From: an uncultured Deinococcales bacterium
Lineage (GTDB): Bacteria > Deinococcota > Deinococci > Deinococcales > JAAFIG01
Reading direction: 5' to 3'
Assembly (NCBI GenBank): GCA_964244895.1
Contig: CAXTKV010000109.1
Span: forward strand, 6,298-17,252
Length of the DNA stretch: 10,955 nt
The first letter of the stretch is position 1. Every line of letters starts with the position of its first letter. The translations under genes and the position numbers were made by a program. Positions 1 to 6,524 of this stretch are shown piece after piece. The notes under the pieces are model-generated. The model did no database searches, was not told where the DNA came from, and was given only the letters and a program-made list of their open reading frames with translations.

Positions 1-28
1 CGGGATCAGTCGAACGCCATCAGCGGGA

Positions 29-1258
29 TCAGTCGATCCACACGCCGATGGTCGCACCCTGGTTGACGGCGGGCGTCCAGCCGCGCCGCCTGGATTCGTC
101 CCAGGCTTCGCGTTGGGTCGCGGCGGTCAGGGCGTAATCGAGGGTGAAGACTTTCGCGCCGCGATCCTGTGCGGCTCTGGCCCAGGTTTCCTCGCTGGCG
201 CGACGCGTGGGGTCGTTGGCGCGGCACTCGCCCGGCCCGAAGCAGTGGTAGGTGAAGCCTTCGATGTTCAGCCCGTCGAGCGCCTCGAGAAAGCCGGAGT
301 CGGCTTCCAGGCTGCTCTGGATCAATCTGGCATCGGTGTTGCAGACGAGCTTGACACCCGGTCGGATCGAATCCACCAGCGCGCGCACGCGGCGCACGAT
401 CTGCACGTAACGCTGAATGTTCTGGGGGCTGGTGTCGTTCTCGAACTGGAATCCGGCGCAATCATCCAGCCAGATGCCGTCGTAGCCGCGCCCCAGGTCG
501 TCGCGCACGACTTTTTCCAGCACGCCAAACCAGGCGTCGCTCGAGACATCCACCAGGTACGAACCCCAGCTCGTCTGGAACTTGATGTAGGGCGAGCTGG
601 CGTTGACATCGGTGGGCCAGGTGCGTTTATCCCACGGGGCTGCCGCCGCCACGTCCTCGTAGGCGAGCACCCACTTGCCGGACGCCTTGATGCGTTCCAG
701 GTCGGCGGGCTCGAGCAACCTTCCGGTGCAGCGCGCGCTCAGCGTGACCATGCCGAACCTGGAATTCAGGATGTCGGGCAGCCTGCAATTGGTGTCCTGG
801 CGCATCCAGGAGCGCACGTCTTTCCACTCGGGTCGCGCGCCGGATCGGGCTGGCGCGTTGGGGTTGGGCGGCAGGGCGGTGTCGTTCGCGACGCTGAAAC
901 GCAATTCCGATTTGATGCTCGAGCCATCATTCAGGGCTGCCGTGGCGCGCAGCGTGTAGGTTCCGTCCGGCACGTAGTTGGTCGTCCAGGCGCTGCAACT
1001 GCCGCCGTCCAGGCCCGTGATGCAGGCCAGCGCGCCGTTCTCGTGGCGCTCCCACCACCTTGAACCGTCGGGGCGGAAGATCTCTATTTTGAGGCTCGCG
1101 ATCCGGCTGGAATTGATGGTCGCACCGGGCGAGTTCAGCATGACGGACTGCACCACCTGACCGTCCTTGATGTTTAGGAAGTTGATCGTCTCGCTCTGAG
1201 CGGAGGCGGTGGCGCTCATGGTCAATAGGAAAGCCAGAATGAAAATCAGAGGTCGCAC
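29..1258 (-). CDS. Secreted protein: signal peptide, Ig-like beta domain, Pro-rich linker, GH114-like (endo-alpha-1,4-galactosaminidase/PelA-hydrolase-like) TIM barrel
   Basis: 409-aa ORF with GTG start. Signal peptide MRPLIFILAFLLTMSATASA. Ig-like motif W..NYVPDGTYTLRATA. C-terminal motifs GYDGIWLDD, NIEG and VFTLDY resemble GH114/TM1410-type proteins. TAGGCT lies 6 nt upstream. Confidence 0.75.
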   Translation of the reverse strand: MRPLIFILAFLLTMSATASAQSETINFLNIKDGQVVQSVMLNSPGATINSSRIASLKIEIFRPDGSRWWERHENGALACITGLDGGSCSAWTTNYVPDGTYTLRATAALNDGSSIKSELRFSVANDTALPPNPNAPARSGARPEWKDVRSWMRQDTNCRLPDILNSRFGMVTLSARCTGRLLEPADLERIKASGKWVLAYEDVAAAAPWDKRTWPTDVNASSPYIKFQTSWGSYLVDVSSDAWFGVLEKVVRDDLGRGYDGIWLDDCAGFQFENDTSPQNIQRYVQIVRRVRALVDSIRPGVKLVCNTDARLIQSSLEADSGFLEALDGLNIEGFTYHCFGPGECRANDPTRRASEETWARAAQDRGAKVFTLDYALTAATQREAWDESRRRGWTPAVNQGATIGVWID

Positions 1259-1264
1259 GGCTTG

Positions 1265-1270
1265 AGCCTA
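1265..1270 (-). promoter_or_regulatory. -10 element TAGGCT of leaderless promoter
   Basis: Minus strand reads TAGGCT-caagcc-GTG(1258), with no Shine-Dalgarno sequence. Confidence 0.65.
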
Positions 1271-1336
1271 CGGTCTACCCAGCGCGACGACAGTGGTTGA
1301 TGTTAGGGATGAATATCATCAATCGCACACACGGGA

Positions 1337-1390
1337 AACACCGTCCAGGACAGTGTTATTTGCGCCACAATTCTCGCGTGCAGGATGGTC
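1337..1390 (-). repeat. Bipartite palindromic element, copy A (inverted orientation)
   Basis: Full site AACACCGTCC-A-GGACAGTGTT at 1337-1357 (centre 1347). Degenerate half-site on the minus strand, GACCATCC-T-GCACGCG, at 1375-1390 (centre 1382). Spacing 35. Confidence 0.8.
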
Positions 1391-1488
1391 TTTTTCTGGG
1401 AACCCGACTGGCTCGAGCGAGTTTGATTCACGCGTCGGCGCGACTTCGCGGGGCCGCTCAGGACTCACCTCAACTGAGGTCGTTCGGG

Positions 1489-1494
1489 TAGGCT
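1489..1494 (+). promoter_or_regulatory. -10 element TAGGCT of leaderless promoter
   Basis: TAGGCT-ggctccc-GTG(1502), with no SD. Confidence 0.65.
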
Positions 1495-1501
1495 GGCTCC
1501 C

Positions 1502-2617
1502 GTGAAAGCCGCCCTCGTATCGGTTTGTGTGATCGCCCTCGCGTGCGCCAGCGCCCTCGGTCAACCGGGCGCGAAGGGCAGCAGTTTCGGGCAGCCGGAC
1601 TTGACCCCGATTTTAGAGCGGGTGCGCGCCAGTTACGGCTTGCCGAGCCTGACGGCGGTGCTGGTCGAGGGCGGCAAGGTCGTGTCCAACGCGGTCGTGG
1701 GTGAACGCGCCATCGGCAGCGGCGTGTCGGTCACATTAACCGATCAGTACCAGCTCGGCAGCATCTCCAAGAGCTTCACCGCGACCGTGATCGCCAGGCT
1801 GGTCGAACAGGGCAAGTTGCGCTGGAATATGACCCTCGAAGAACTCCTTCCGGACATGAAAATACGAGACGCGTACAAATCCGTGACGCTCGAGATGCTG
1901 CTCTACCACTTCGCGGGATTCCCGGCGGATGTCAAGAACAAGAGCGTCTACGACTGGAACCTCGAGCCGGGCGCGGCCCGCAAAAAATACCTCGAGCTCG
2001 CACTGGTGAGCGTTCCCGAATTCAAACCCGGTGAGATGGTGGCGTATTCCAACATCGGGTACGTGATCGCCAGCCTGATCGCGGAACGCGCGGGCGGAAA
2101 GCCGTGGGATGCGCTGGTGCGCGAGATCGTGCTGGAGCCGTTGGGCATGAACTGCGGTTTCGGCGTGATCTTTCCAGCCCTGACCAACCCGCACCCGCAC
2201 GCCATCAAAGATGGGGGCGCGCAGGCGCTGGAACCCGCGGCGGGGAACGGCAACTCGCCCGTGCTGAACGGCGCGGACAACCTGCGCTGCAGCATGGGCG
2301 ATCTGGGTCTGTACCTGGCGGCGCACCTGGAAGGCGAACGCGGGCGGGACGGCATCCTCAGGAGCCAGACGTTCAAGTTTCTGCACCGCGCCCGCGCCGA
2401 TGGCGGTCAGGGCATCCGCGCGGCGCTCGGCTGGTTTATTTTTCCGGACGGCGAGATCTGGCACAACGGCAGCAACACCCTGAATTACGCCGAGATGATC
2501 CTGCTGCCCCGTCAGGACGCCGCCATCGCCGTGGCCACCAACGCCGCCGGGGGCGGAGCGGAGGCTCGGGCCGTGGCCGAGGTCTTCGAGGCGATCGAAG
2601 CGCTCGTGCCGCGCTAA
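1502..2617 (+). CDS. Exported serine hydrolase, beta-lactamase class C/AmpC-like family
   Basis: 371 aa with a signal peptide. SxxK (GSISKSF), YxN (YSNIGY), HxG (WHNGS) and the LLYHFAGF family motif are present. Confidence 0.9.
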   Translation: MKAALVSVCVIALACASALGQPGAKGSSFGQPDLTPILERVRASYGLPSLTAVLVEGGKVVSNAVVGERAIGSGVSVTLTDQYQLGSISKSFTATVIARLVEQGKLRWNMTLEELLPDMKIRDAYKSVTLEMLLYHFAGFPADVKNKSVYDWNLEPGAARKKYLELALVSVPEFKPGEMVAYSNIGYVIASLIAERAGGKPWDALVREIVLEPLGMNCGFGVIFPALTNPHPHAIKDGGAQALEPAAGNGNSPVLNGADNLRCSMGDLGLYLAAHLEGERGRDGILRSQTFKFLHRARADGGQGIRAALGWFIFPDGEIWHNGSNTLNYAEMILLPRQDAAIAVATNAAGGGAEARAVAEVFEAIEALVPR

Positions 2618-2618
2618 A

Positions 2619-2666
2619 AACACTGTCCTGGACGCAAAAAAAGAACGCCGTGCTGGACGGTGTTCT
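2619..2666 (+). repeat. Bipartite palindromic element, copy B (between convergent genes)
   Basis: Half-site AACACTGTCC-T-GGACGCA at 2619-2636 (centre 2629). Full site AGAACGCCGTGC-T-GGACGGTGTTCT at 2642-2666 (centre 2654). Spacing 25. The A-tract at 2636-2642 could serve as a U-tract for minus-strand termination. Confidence 0.9.
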
Positions 2667-2678
2667 CGAGCTTCGCGC

Positions 2679-3158
2679 TCAGTCGGCGCTGCCGATCTCG
2701 CCGCAGGCCACGCGCGCCCGATCGGTCTTGATCAGCACGGTGTGACCGATGACCGAATTCGGGCCGGGGGCGATGGTCAGGCGCGCGTTCAGGGTCGAGA
2801 TGATCTCGGAGCCGCTCGCGCCGACCACGAAATCCTCGAGGTTGCCCATCTGGCCTTTGAACTGATCGCCCGCCGCCGCGAAGGTCGGGCTGTTGTTGCA
2901 ATCACTGCCCGCGTGAATGGCGCTCAGGTACTTGCCGGGTTGAAAACCCACCACCCGCACGATGGTGCGCAATCCGCCCGCCGTCTCCGCGAAGGTGACC
3001 GTACCGACGTTCTTGCCGGACGGATCGATCAGCGATGCCGCAGCGGTCTTCCCGGTAATGCCGGACGCGTTGGCGGGTTGGGTGGCGGGCTTTGCGGCTG
3101 GCGCGCAGGCCGCCATGGCGAACATCGTGACCGCGAGCAACGGTGTCAATCGGTTCAT
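2679..3158 (-). CDS. Cu/Zn superoxide dismutase-fold lipoprotein with degenerate metal ligands
   Basis: ATG at 3158 preferred because TAGCTT lies 7 nt upstream; 159 aa. Lipobox-like MAAC. SOD_Cu motifs GTVTF, IHAGSDC, FAAAG, GNL, SVIGHTVLI and RVACGEI. Confidence 0.85.
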   Translation of the reverse strand: MNRLTPLLAVTMFAMAACAPAAKPATQPANASGITGKTAAASLIDPSGKNVGTVTFAETAGGLRTIVRVVGFQPGKYLSAIHAGSDCNNSPTFAAAGDQFKGQMGNLEDFVVGASGSEIISTLNARLTIAPGPNSVIGHTVLIKTDRARVACGEIGSAD

Positions 3159-3165
3159 GGACTTC

Positions 3166-3171
3166 AAGCTA
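3166..3171 (-). promoter_or_regulatory. -10 element TAGCTT of leaderless promoter
   Basis: Minus strand reads TAGCTT-gaagtcc-ATG(3158). Confidence 0.55.
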
Positions 3172-3241
3172 GACGCCGTATCTGAGTACAGGGTCGGGAA
3201 TAGATGATATTTCTCAGCAAGAACCTAACCGTGAAACGCGG

Positions 3242-3294
3242 CTGCTCGAGCCGCTGGAATCTACCCCGTCAACGGATTCCAGCGGCTCGAGCAG
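3242..3294. repeat. Perfect 20-bp inverted repeat (hairpin/cruciform), 13-nt loop
   Basis: CTGCTCGAGCCGCTGGAATC (3242-3261) and its reverse complement GATTCCAGCGGCTCGAGCAG (3275-3294). Confidence 0.9.
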
Positions 3295-3296
3295 GC

Positions 3297-3347
3297 AACA
3301 CCGTCCGGGACGCATCTTTAAGAACACCGTCCTGGACGGTGTTCTTA
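3297..3347 (+). repeat. Bipartite palindromic element, copy C (best preserved)
   Basis: Half-site AACACCGTCC-G-GGACGCA at 3297-3314 (centre 3307). Perfect palindrome TAAGAACACCGTCC-T-GGACGGTGTTCTTA at 3319-3347 (centre 3333). Spacing 26. Confidence 0.95.
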
Positions 3348-3351
3348 TTTT

Positions 3352-5436
3352 TTATGGGCCGAACGGTTGCGTCCAGATCGGCAATTCCAGACTGAAACGG
3401 CTGCCGCGTCCAGCTTCGCTTTCGGCGTCGAGCGTGCCGCCCATGGCTTCCAGCAGTTCGCGGGCGAGGGAAAGGCCCAGCCCGGCGCCGCCCGTGGTGC
3501 GCGCGCGGCTGGCATCGGTGCGGTAAAAGGGCTCGAAGATCCGATCCAAGTCCGATTGGTCAATCCCGATGCCGGTGTCCAGCACGCTCAACCGCACGCG
3601 ATCACCGATGGTTTCGGCTTCCAGGCGCACCAGCCCGCCTTCGGGCGTGTACTTGAGGGCGTTCTGCACCAGATTCACCACGGCCTGCGTCAGGCGCTGA
3701 CGGTCGGCGCGCACGCGCGGCAGGTGCTCCGGGATGGCGTCCAGCAGCGTGATGCGTCCAGCTTCGGCCACGGGTTGCAGGCTGCGCGCCAGCGAGCGCA
3801 GCAGTTCGCCGGGATCCACCGCCTCGAGGCGCACGTCGAGCTGTTTCAGGTCGGCTCGAGAGAGCGTAAAAAGATCCTCGACGAGTCGCTCGAGCCGCGC
3901 GACTTCCGTTTGTAAAACGCGGCGCACGTCGTCCTGGACGGACTCACCGCGCAGTTCAGCGCTTTCCAGGTGGGCGCGCATGACGGTCAACGGGGTGCGC
4001 AATTCGTGAGAGGCGCTGGCGGTCAAGCGCCGGTTGGCGCGCAGCAAGGATTCGACGGTGGTTTTCTCGCGCCCGAGGGCTTCGAGGTTGTGTTCCAACC
4101 GATCCGCCATCGCGTTCCAGCCGACACCCAATCGCGCCACCTCGTCTTCGCCCTCGACGGGCACGCGCACGCCCCAGCGACCAGCTTCGAGGGATTGCGA
4201 TCCGGCCAGCAAATTCTCGAGCGGCCCGGTCAGGCGGCGCGCCGTCAGGTAGCCCAGAAACCCGAGCGCCGCGAAGATCGGCAGAAAACTCTGTGAGAGC
4301 GTGTCCAGCACCAACGTCAGGTCGTGCGCGAGCTGTGAAACCACGTCCGAGAGCGGCGCGCTCGAGGGACTGGCCGGGCGCAGAACCGCCGCGATCACCC
4401 AGCGCCGCGACAGTCCGGGTACGTCCGGTTCATCCGCGAAGGCCGGGCAGCCCGCCAGCACCTCGTTGCCGATCACCGTGGCGCGGCAGCGTCCAGCGGC
4501 GTTGGCGTTCAGCACGTCCGCCCAAAGGGTTCTGAAGGTTTCCGGCAGCGGCCCGACCTCGAAGCGCGAGGGTCGGCTCGAGGCGATCACCTGAGCGTAA
4601 GGGCTGAGGATCAACGCGGTGCGTCCCGGCCCACCGACGGGTAATACGTCCATGTCGGGATCGGGTTCGATCACGCGCGGGCGGGGTCGGTTGACACCGC
4701 GCCGCAAGCTCTGCATCAACTGGCGCACCGCGTCGTCGTCCAGTCCCAGTTGCAGGGTCGGGGTGAAGGTCAGCGCCAGGTCTCGGGCCTCGCGCAGGGC
4801 CTGCCCGGTCAGGCTGCGGGACGGAGCGCGCACCAGCGACACCAGGCCGGGCAGCACGGCCACCAGCGCGCTGGCCAGCACGCCGCCGCCGAGGGCCAAC
4901 GCCGTCAATCGCCAGCGTAGACTGCGCCGTCCCTCGAGCCAGACCGCGCGGTACGAGTACGCGAACACGAAGCGCAGCGTGGCCGTCAAGACCAGCGCGT
5001 TCAAGCCCGTGCCCAGGAATTGTTGCGGGTCGGGGGCGGACAGCGCCTGAAATTCAAAGAACGGGCGCTCCGGCGGAATCAAGCGCGCCAGTTCCCCGCC
5101 CAGCGCGGCGAAGCCCAGTCCGGCCAGCGCACCGAACAGCGGAACGCGGGCCACGCGCCAGACGACGTGGCCGCGCGATGGTCGGAGCCGCAAGGCTCCC
5201 AGAAACCAGAGCGCGTGCTCACCGATGAAGGCCAGCAGTTCCGGCCACGGTGTGGGCACGAAGCGTTGCGTCCACATCAACGCCAGCGCCTGCAAGACCA
5301 GCGCGACCAGCAGCACTTCCAGGAGTGCCCTAGGGAACGGAGCGGAGTAGAAAATCCGGTGCGCCGCGCGACGAAGCCAGGTTGGCTCCTTCTCGAGCCT
5401 GAAGCCGGGGTGGGTTGAGGCTGGCTCGGGAATCAA
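3352..5436 (-). CDS. Membrane sensor histidine kinase (multi-TM N-terminus, extracytoplasmic domain, HAMP, HisKA, HATPase_c)
   Basis: H-box SHELRTPLT, N-box NLVQNALKY, G1 DTGIGI, F-box IFEPFYR, G2 GAGLGL and HAMP EDEVARLG..WNAMA. The TTG start is uncertain. Confidence 0.93.
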   Translation of the reverse strand: MIPEPASTHPGFRLEKEPTWLRRAAHRIFYSAPFPRALLEVLLVALVLQALALMWTQRFVPTPWPELLAFIGEHALWFLGALRLRPSRGHVVWRVARVPLFGALAGLGFAALGGELARLIPPERPFFEFQALSAPDPQQFLGTGLNALVLTATLRFVFAYSYRAVWLEGRRSLRWRLTALALGGGVLASALVAVLPGLVSLVRAPSRSLTGQALREARDLALTFTPTLQLGLDDDAVRQLMQSLRRGVNRPRPRVIEPDPDMDVLPVGGPGRTALILSPYAQVIASSRPSRFEVGPLPETFRTLWADVLNANAAGRCRATVIGNEVLAGCPAFADEPDVPGLSRRWVIAAVLRPASPSSAPLSDVVSQLAHDLTLVLDTLSQSFLPIFAALGFLGYLTARRLTGPLENLLAGSQSLEAGRWGVRVPVEGEDEVARLGVGWNAMADRLEHNLEALGREKTTVESLLRANRRLTASASHELRTPLTVMRAHLESAELRGESVQDDVRRVLQTEVARLERLVEDLFTLSRADLKQLDVRLEAVDPGELLRSLARSLQPVAEAGRITLLDAIPEHLPRVRADRQRLTQAVVNLVQNALKYTPEGGLVRLEAETIGDRVRLSVLDTGIGIDQSDLDRIFEPFYRTDASRARTTGGAGLGLSLARELLEAMGGTLDAESEAGRGSRFSLELPIWTQPFGP

Positions 5437-5467
5437 AACGGGTTGCTCGAGCTTCGGGGCGGGTTGT

Positions 5468-6172
5468 TCAGCCTTCGAGGCGATAACCCACCCCCCAGAC
5501 GCTGACCACGCGCTCGCCTTCTTGCGAGAGTTTGCGGCGCAAGCGCACGACGGTCGTGTCCACCACGCGATCCGATCCCTCGTAGGCCGGGCCCCAGATG
5601 TGTTCCAGCAAGTAATCGCGGCTGAAAGTGCGTCCGGGCTGGCGAATCAACATCAACAAAAGGTCGTACTCGCGCGGGGTCAGGTCGGTGGTGTGCCCCT
5701 CGACGCGCACCGCGCGGGCTTCGGGGTCGATCTGGATCGCACCGATCCGCACGGGTTCCCGAGAAATTTCCAGGGTTTCGCGCAGCAGTTGCACGCGGCG
5801 CAGCATCGCCCGGACGCGCGCCACGAGTTCCTTGAGGCTGAAGGGTTTGGTCAGGTAATCGTCCGCGCCGACTTCCAGGCCCAGCACCCGATCCGATTCC
5901 TCGGCGCGGGCGGTCAGCATCAGGATCGGCACGCTGGAGCGCGTCCCGGACGGGTTGTTCGGTGTCGAACGCAGCACCCTGGCGACTTCCAGGCCGTCCA
6001 CGCCGGGCAGCATCAGGTCCAGCACGATCAGGTCGAACATTTCGCGGGCGGTTCGCTCGAGCGCCTCGCGCCCGTCGGTGGAGAGACGCACCTCGAAGCC
6101 TTCGCTTTCCAGGTGGCGCGTCAGCACGCTGCCCAACTCGCGTTCGTCCTCGACCAGGAGCAGTTTCGTCAC
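5468..6172 (-). CDS. OmpR/PhoB-family DNA-binding response regulator
   Basis: Receiver motifs LLVEDE, LIVLDLMLPG, LMLTAR and DDYLTKPF. Winged helix LTPREYDLL..., VWGVGYRL. Lies directly upstream of the kinase. Confidence 0.96.
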   Translation of the reverse strand: MTKLLLVEDERELGSVLTRHLESEGFEVRLSTDGREALERTAREMFDLIVLDLMLPGVDGLEVARVLRSTPNNPSGTRSSVPILMLTARAEESDRVLGLEVGADDYLTKPFSLKELVARVRAMLRRVQLLRETLEISREPVRIGAIQIDPEARAVRVEGHTTDLTPREYDLLLMLIRQPGRTFSRDYLLEHIWGPAYEGSDRVVDTTVVRLRRKLSQEGERVVSVWGVGYRLEG

Positions 6173-6178
6173 GGGATC

Positions 6179-6184
6179 ATTCTA
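6179..6184 (-). promoter_or_regulatory. -10 element TAGAAT of leaderless promoter for the two-component operon
   Basis: Minus strand reads TAGAAT-gatccc-GTG(6172). Confidence 0.7.
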
Positions 6185-6231
6185 CGGTTTGGAACCAGGA
6201 AAACCGTGAGCCATCGCGTTCTAGAGCCTTC

Positions 6232-6249
6232 AGAACGCCCTCCAGGACG
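6232..6249 (+). repeat. Degenerate solo half-site of the palindromic element
   Basis: AGAACGCCCTCC-A-GGACG versus consensus AGAACACCGTCCNGGACG (2 mismatches). No clear partner site. Confidence 0.5.
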
Positions 6250-6389
6250 AAGAATTGTGTTTTCTGGAATTCAGTCCAAAACCCGAGCGCACGCCGCACG
6301 CCAGCCGATCCCGAGCTGTCGAATCGAGATGTTGGCTCGGGTCGGGTTCCGGCGTCCCACCGGGCAATTCTGGGTGGGCTTGCGCGGGG

Positions 6390-6448
6390 ACACCGTCCCA
6401 GACGCAATTCCTTCGGATAAGAAGGACACCGTCCTGGACGGTGTTCTT
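6390..6448 (+). repeat. Bipartite palindromic element, copy D (upstream of dnaG)
   Basis: Half-site ACACCGTCC-C-AGACGCA at 6390-6406 (centre 6399). Full site AAGGACACCGTCC-T-GGACGGTGTTCTT at 6422-6448 (centre 6435). Spacing 36. Confidence 0.92.
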
Positions 6449-6478
6449 TCGTTTCAGGAAGTCGGGCTCAAAAGGGAT

Positions 6479-6519
6479 TAAGATGTCCACCTGACCGTCA
6501 CTTGACCGTCCGTGGGGAG
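6479..6519 (+). promoter_or_regulatory. Putative dnaG -10 (TAAGAT), 11-bp tandem repeat and Shine-Dalgarno (GGGGAG)
   Basis: TAAGAT at 6479-6484. CACCTGACCGT/CACTTGACCGT at 6488-6509. GGGGAG at 6514-6519, 5 nt before ATG 6525. Confidence 0.5.
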
Positions 6520-6524
6520 CCCGC

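Noticed and set aside
113..1063. Long alternative ORFs (113-1063, 1736-2623, 5522-6481, 6618-7880 and similar)
   Set aside because: Antisense or off-frame shadows of well-supported genes in GC-rich DNA, with no recognisable motifs.
1293..1564. Small ORFs over intergenic regions (also 3204-3395, 6177-6494) sharing TPSWTV/NTVLDGV peptides
   Set aside because: The shared peptides are translations of the DNA palindrome, and there are no convincing start signals.
1502..2617. Calling the serine hydrolase a true beta-lactamase resistance gene
   Set aside because: The motifs are shared by esterases and peptidases of the family, and HNG replaces the AmpC KTG motif.
3159..3167. TTG start at 3167 for the SOD-like gene
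   Set aside because: It overlaps the -10 hexamer. ATG 3158 fits the leaderless spacing and gives a normal lipoprotein signal.
3319..3347. Element as a DNA uptake sequence because dprA is nearby
   Set aside because: Known uptake sequences are short, non-palindromic and common inside genes. Proximity to dprA alone is not evidence.
3930..3940. CGTCCTGGACG core inside the kinase gene
   Set aside because: Only the 11-bp core matches, with no arms or partner site, and it lies in the HisKA coding region. Probably chance.
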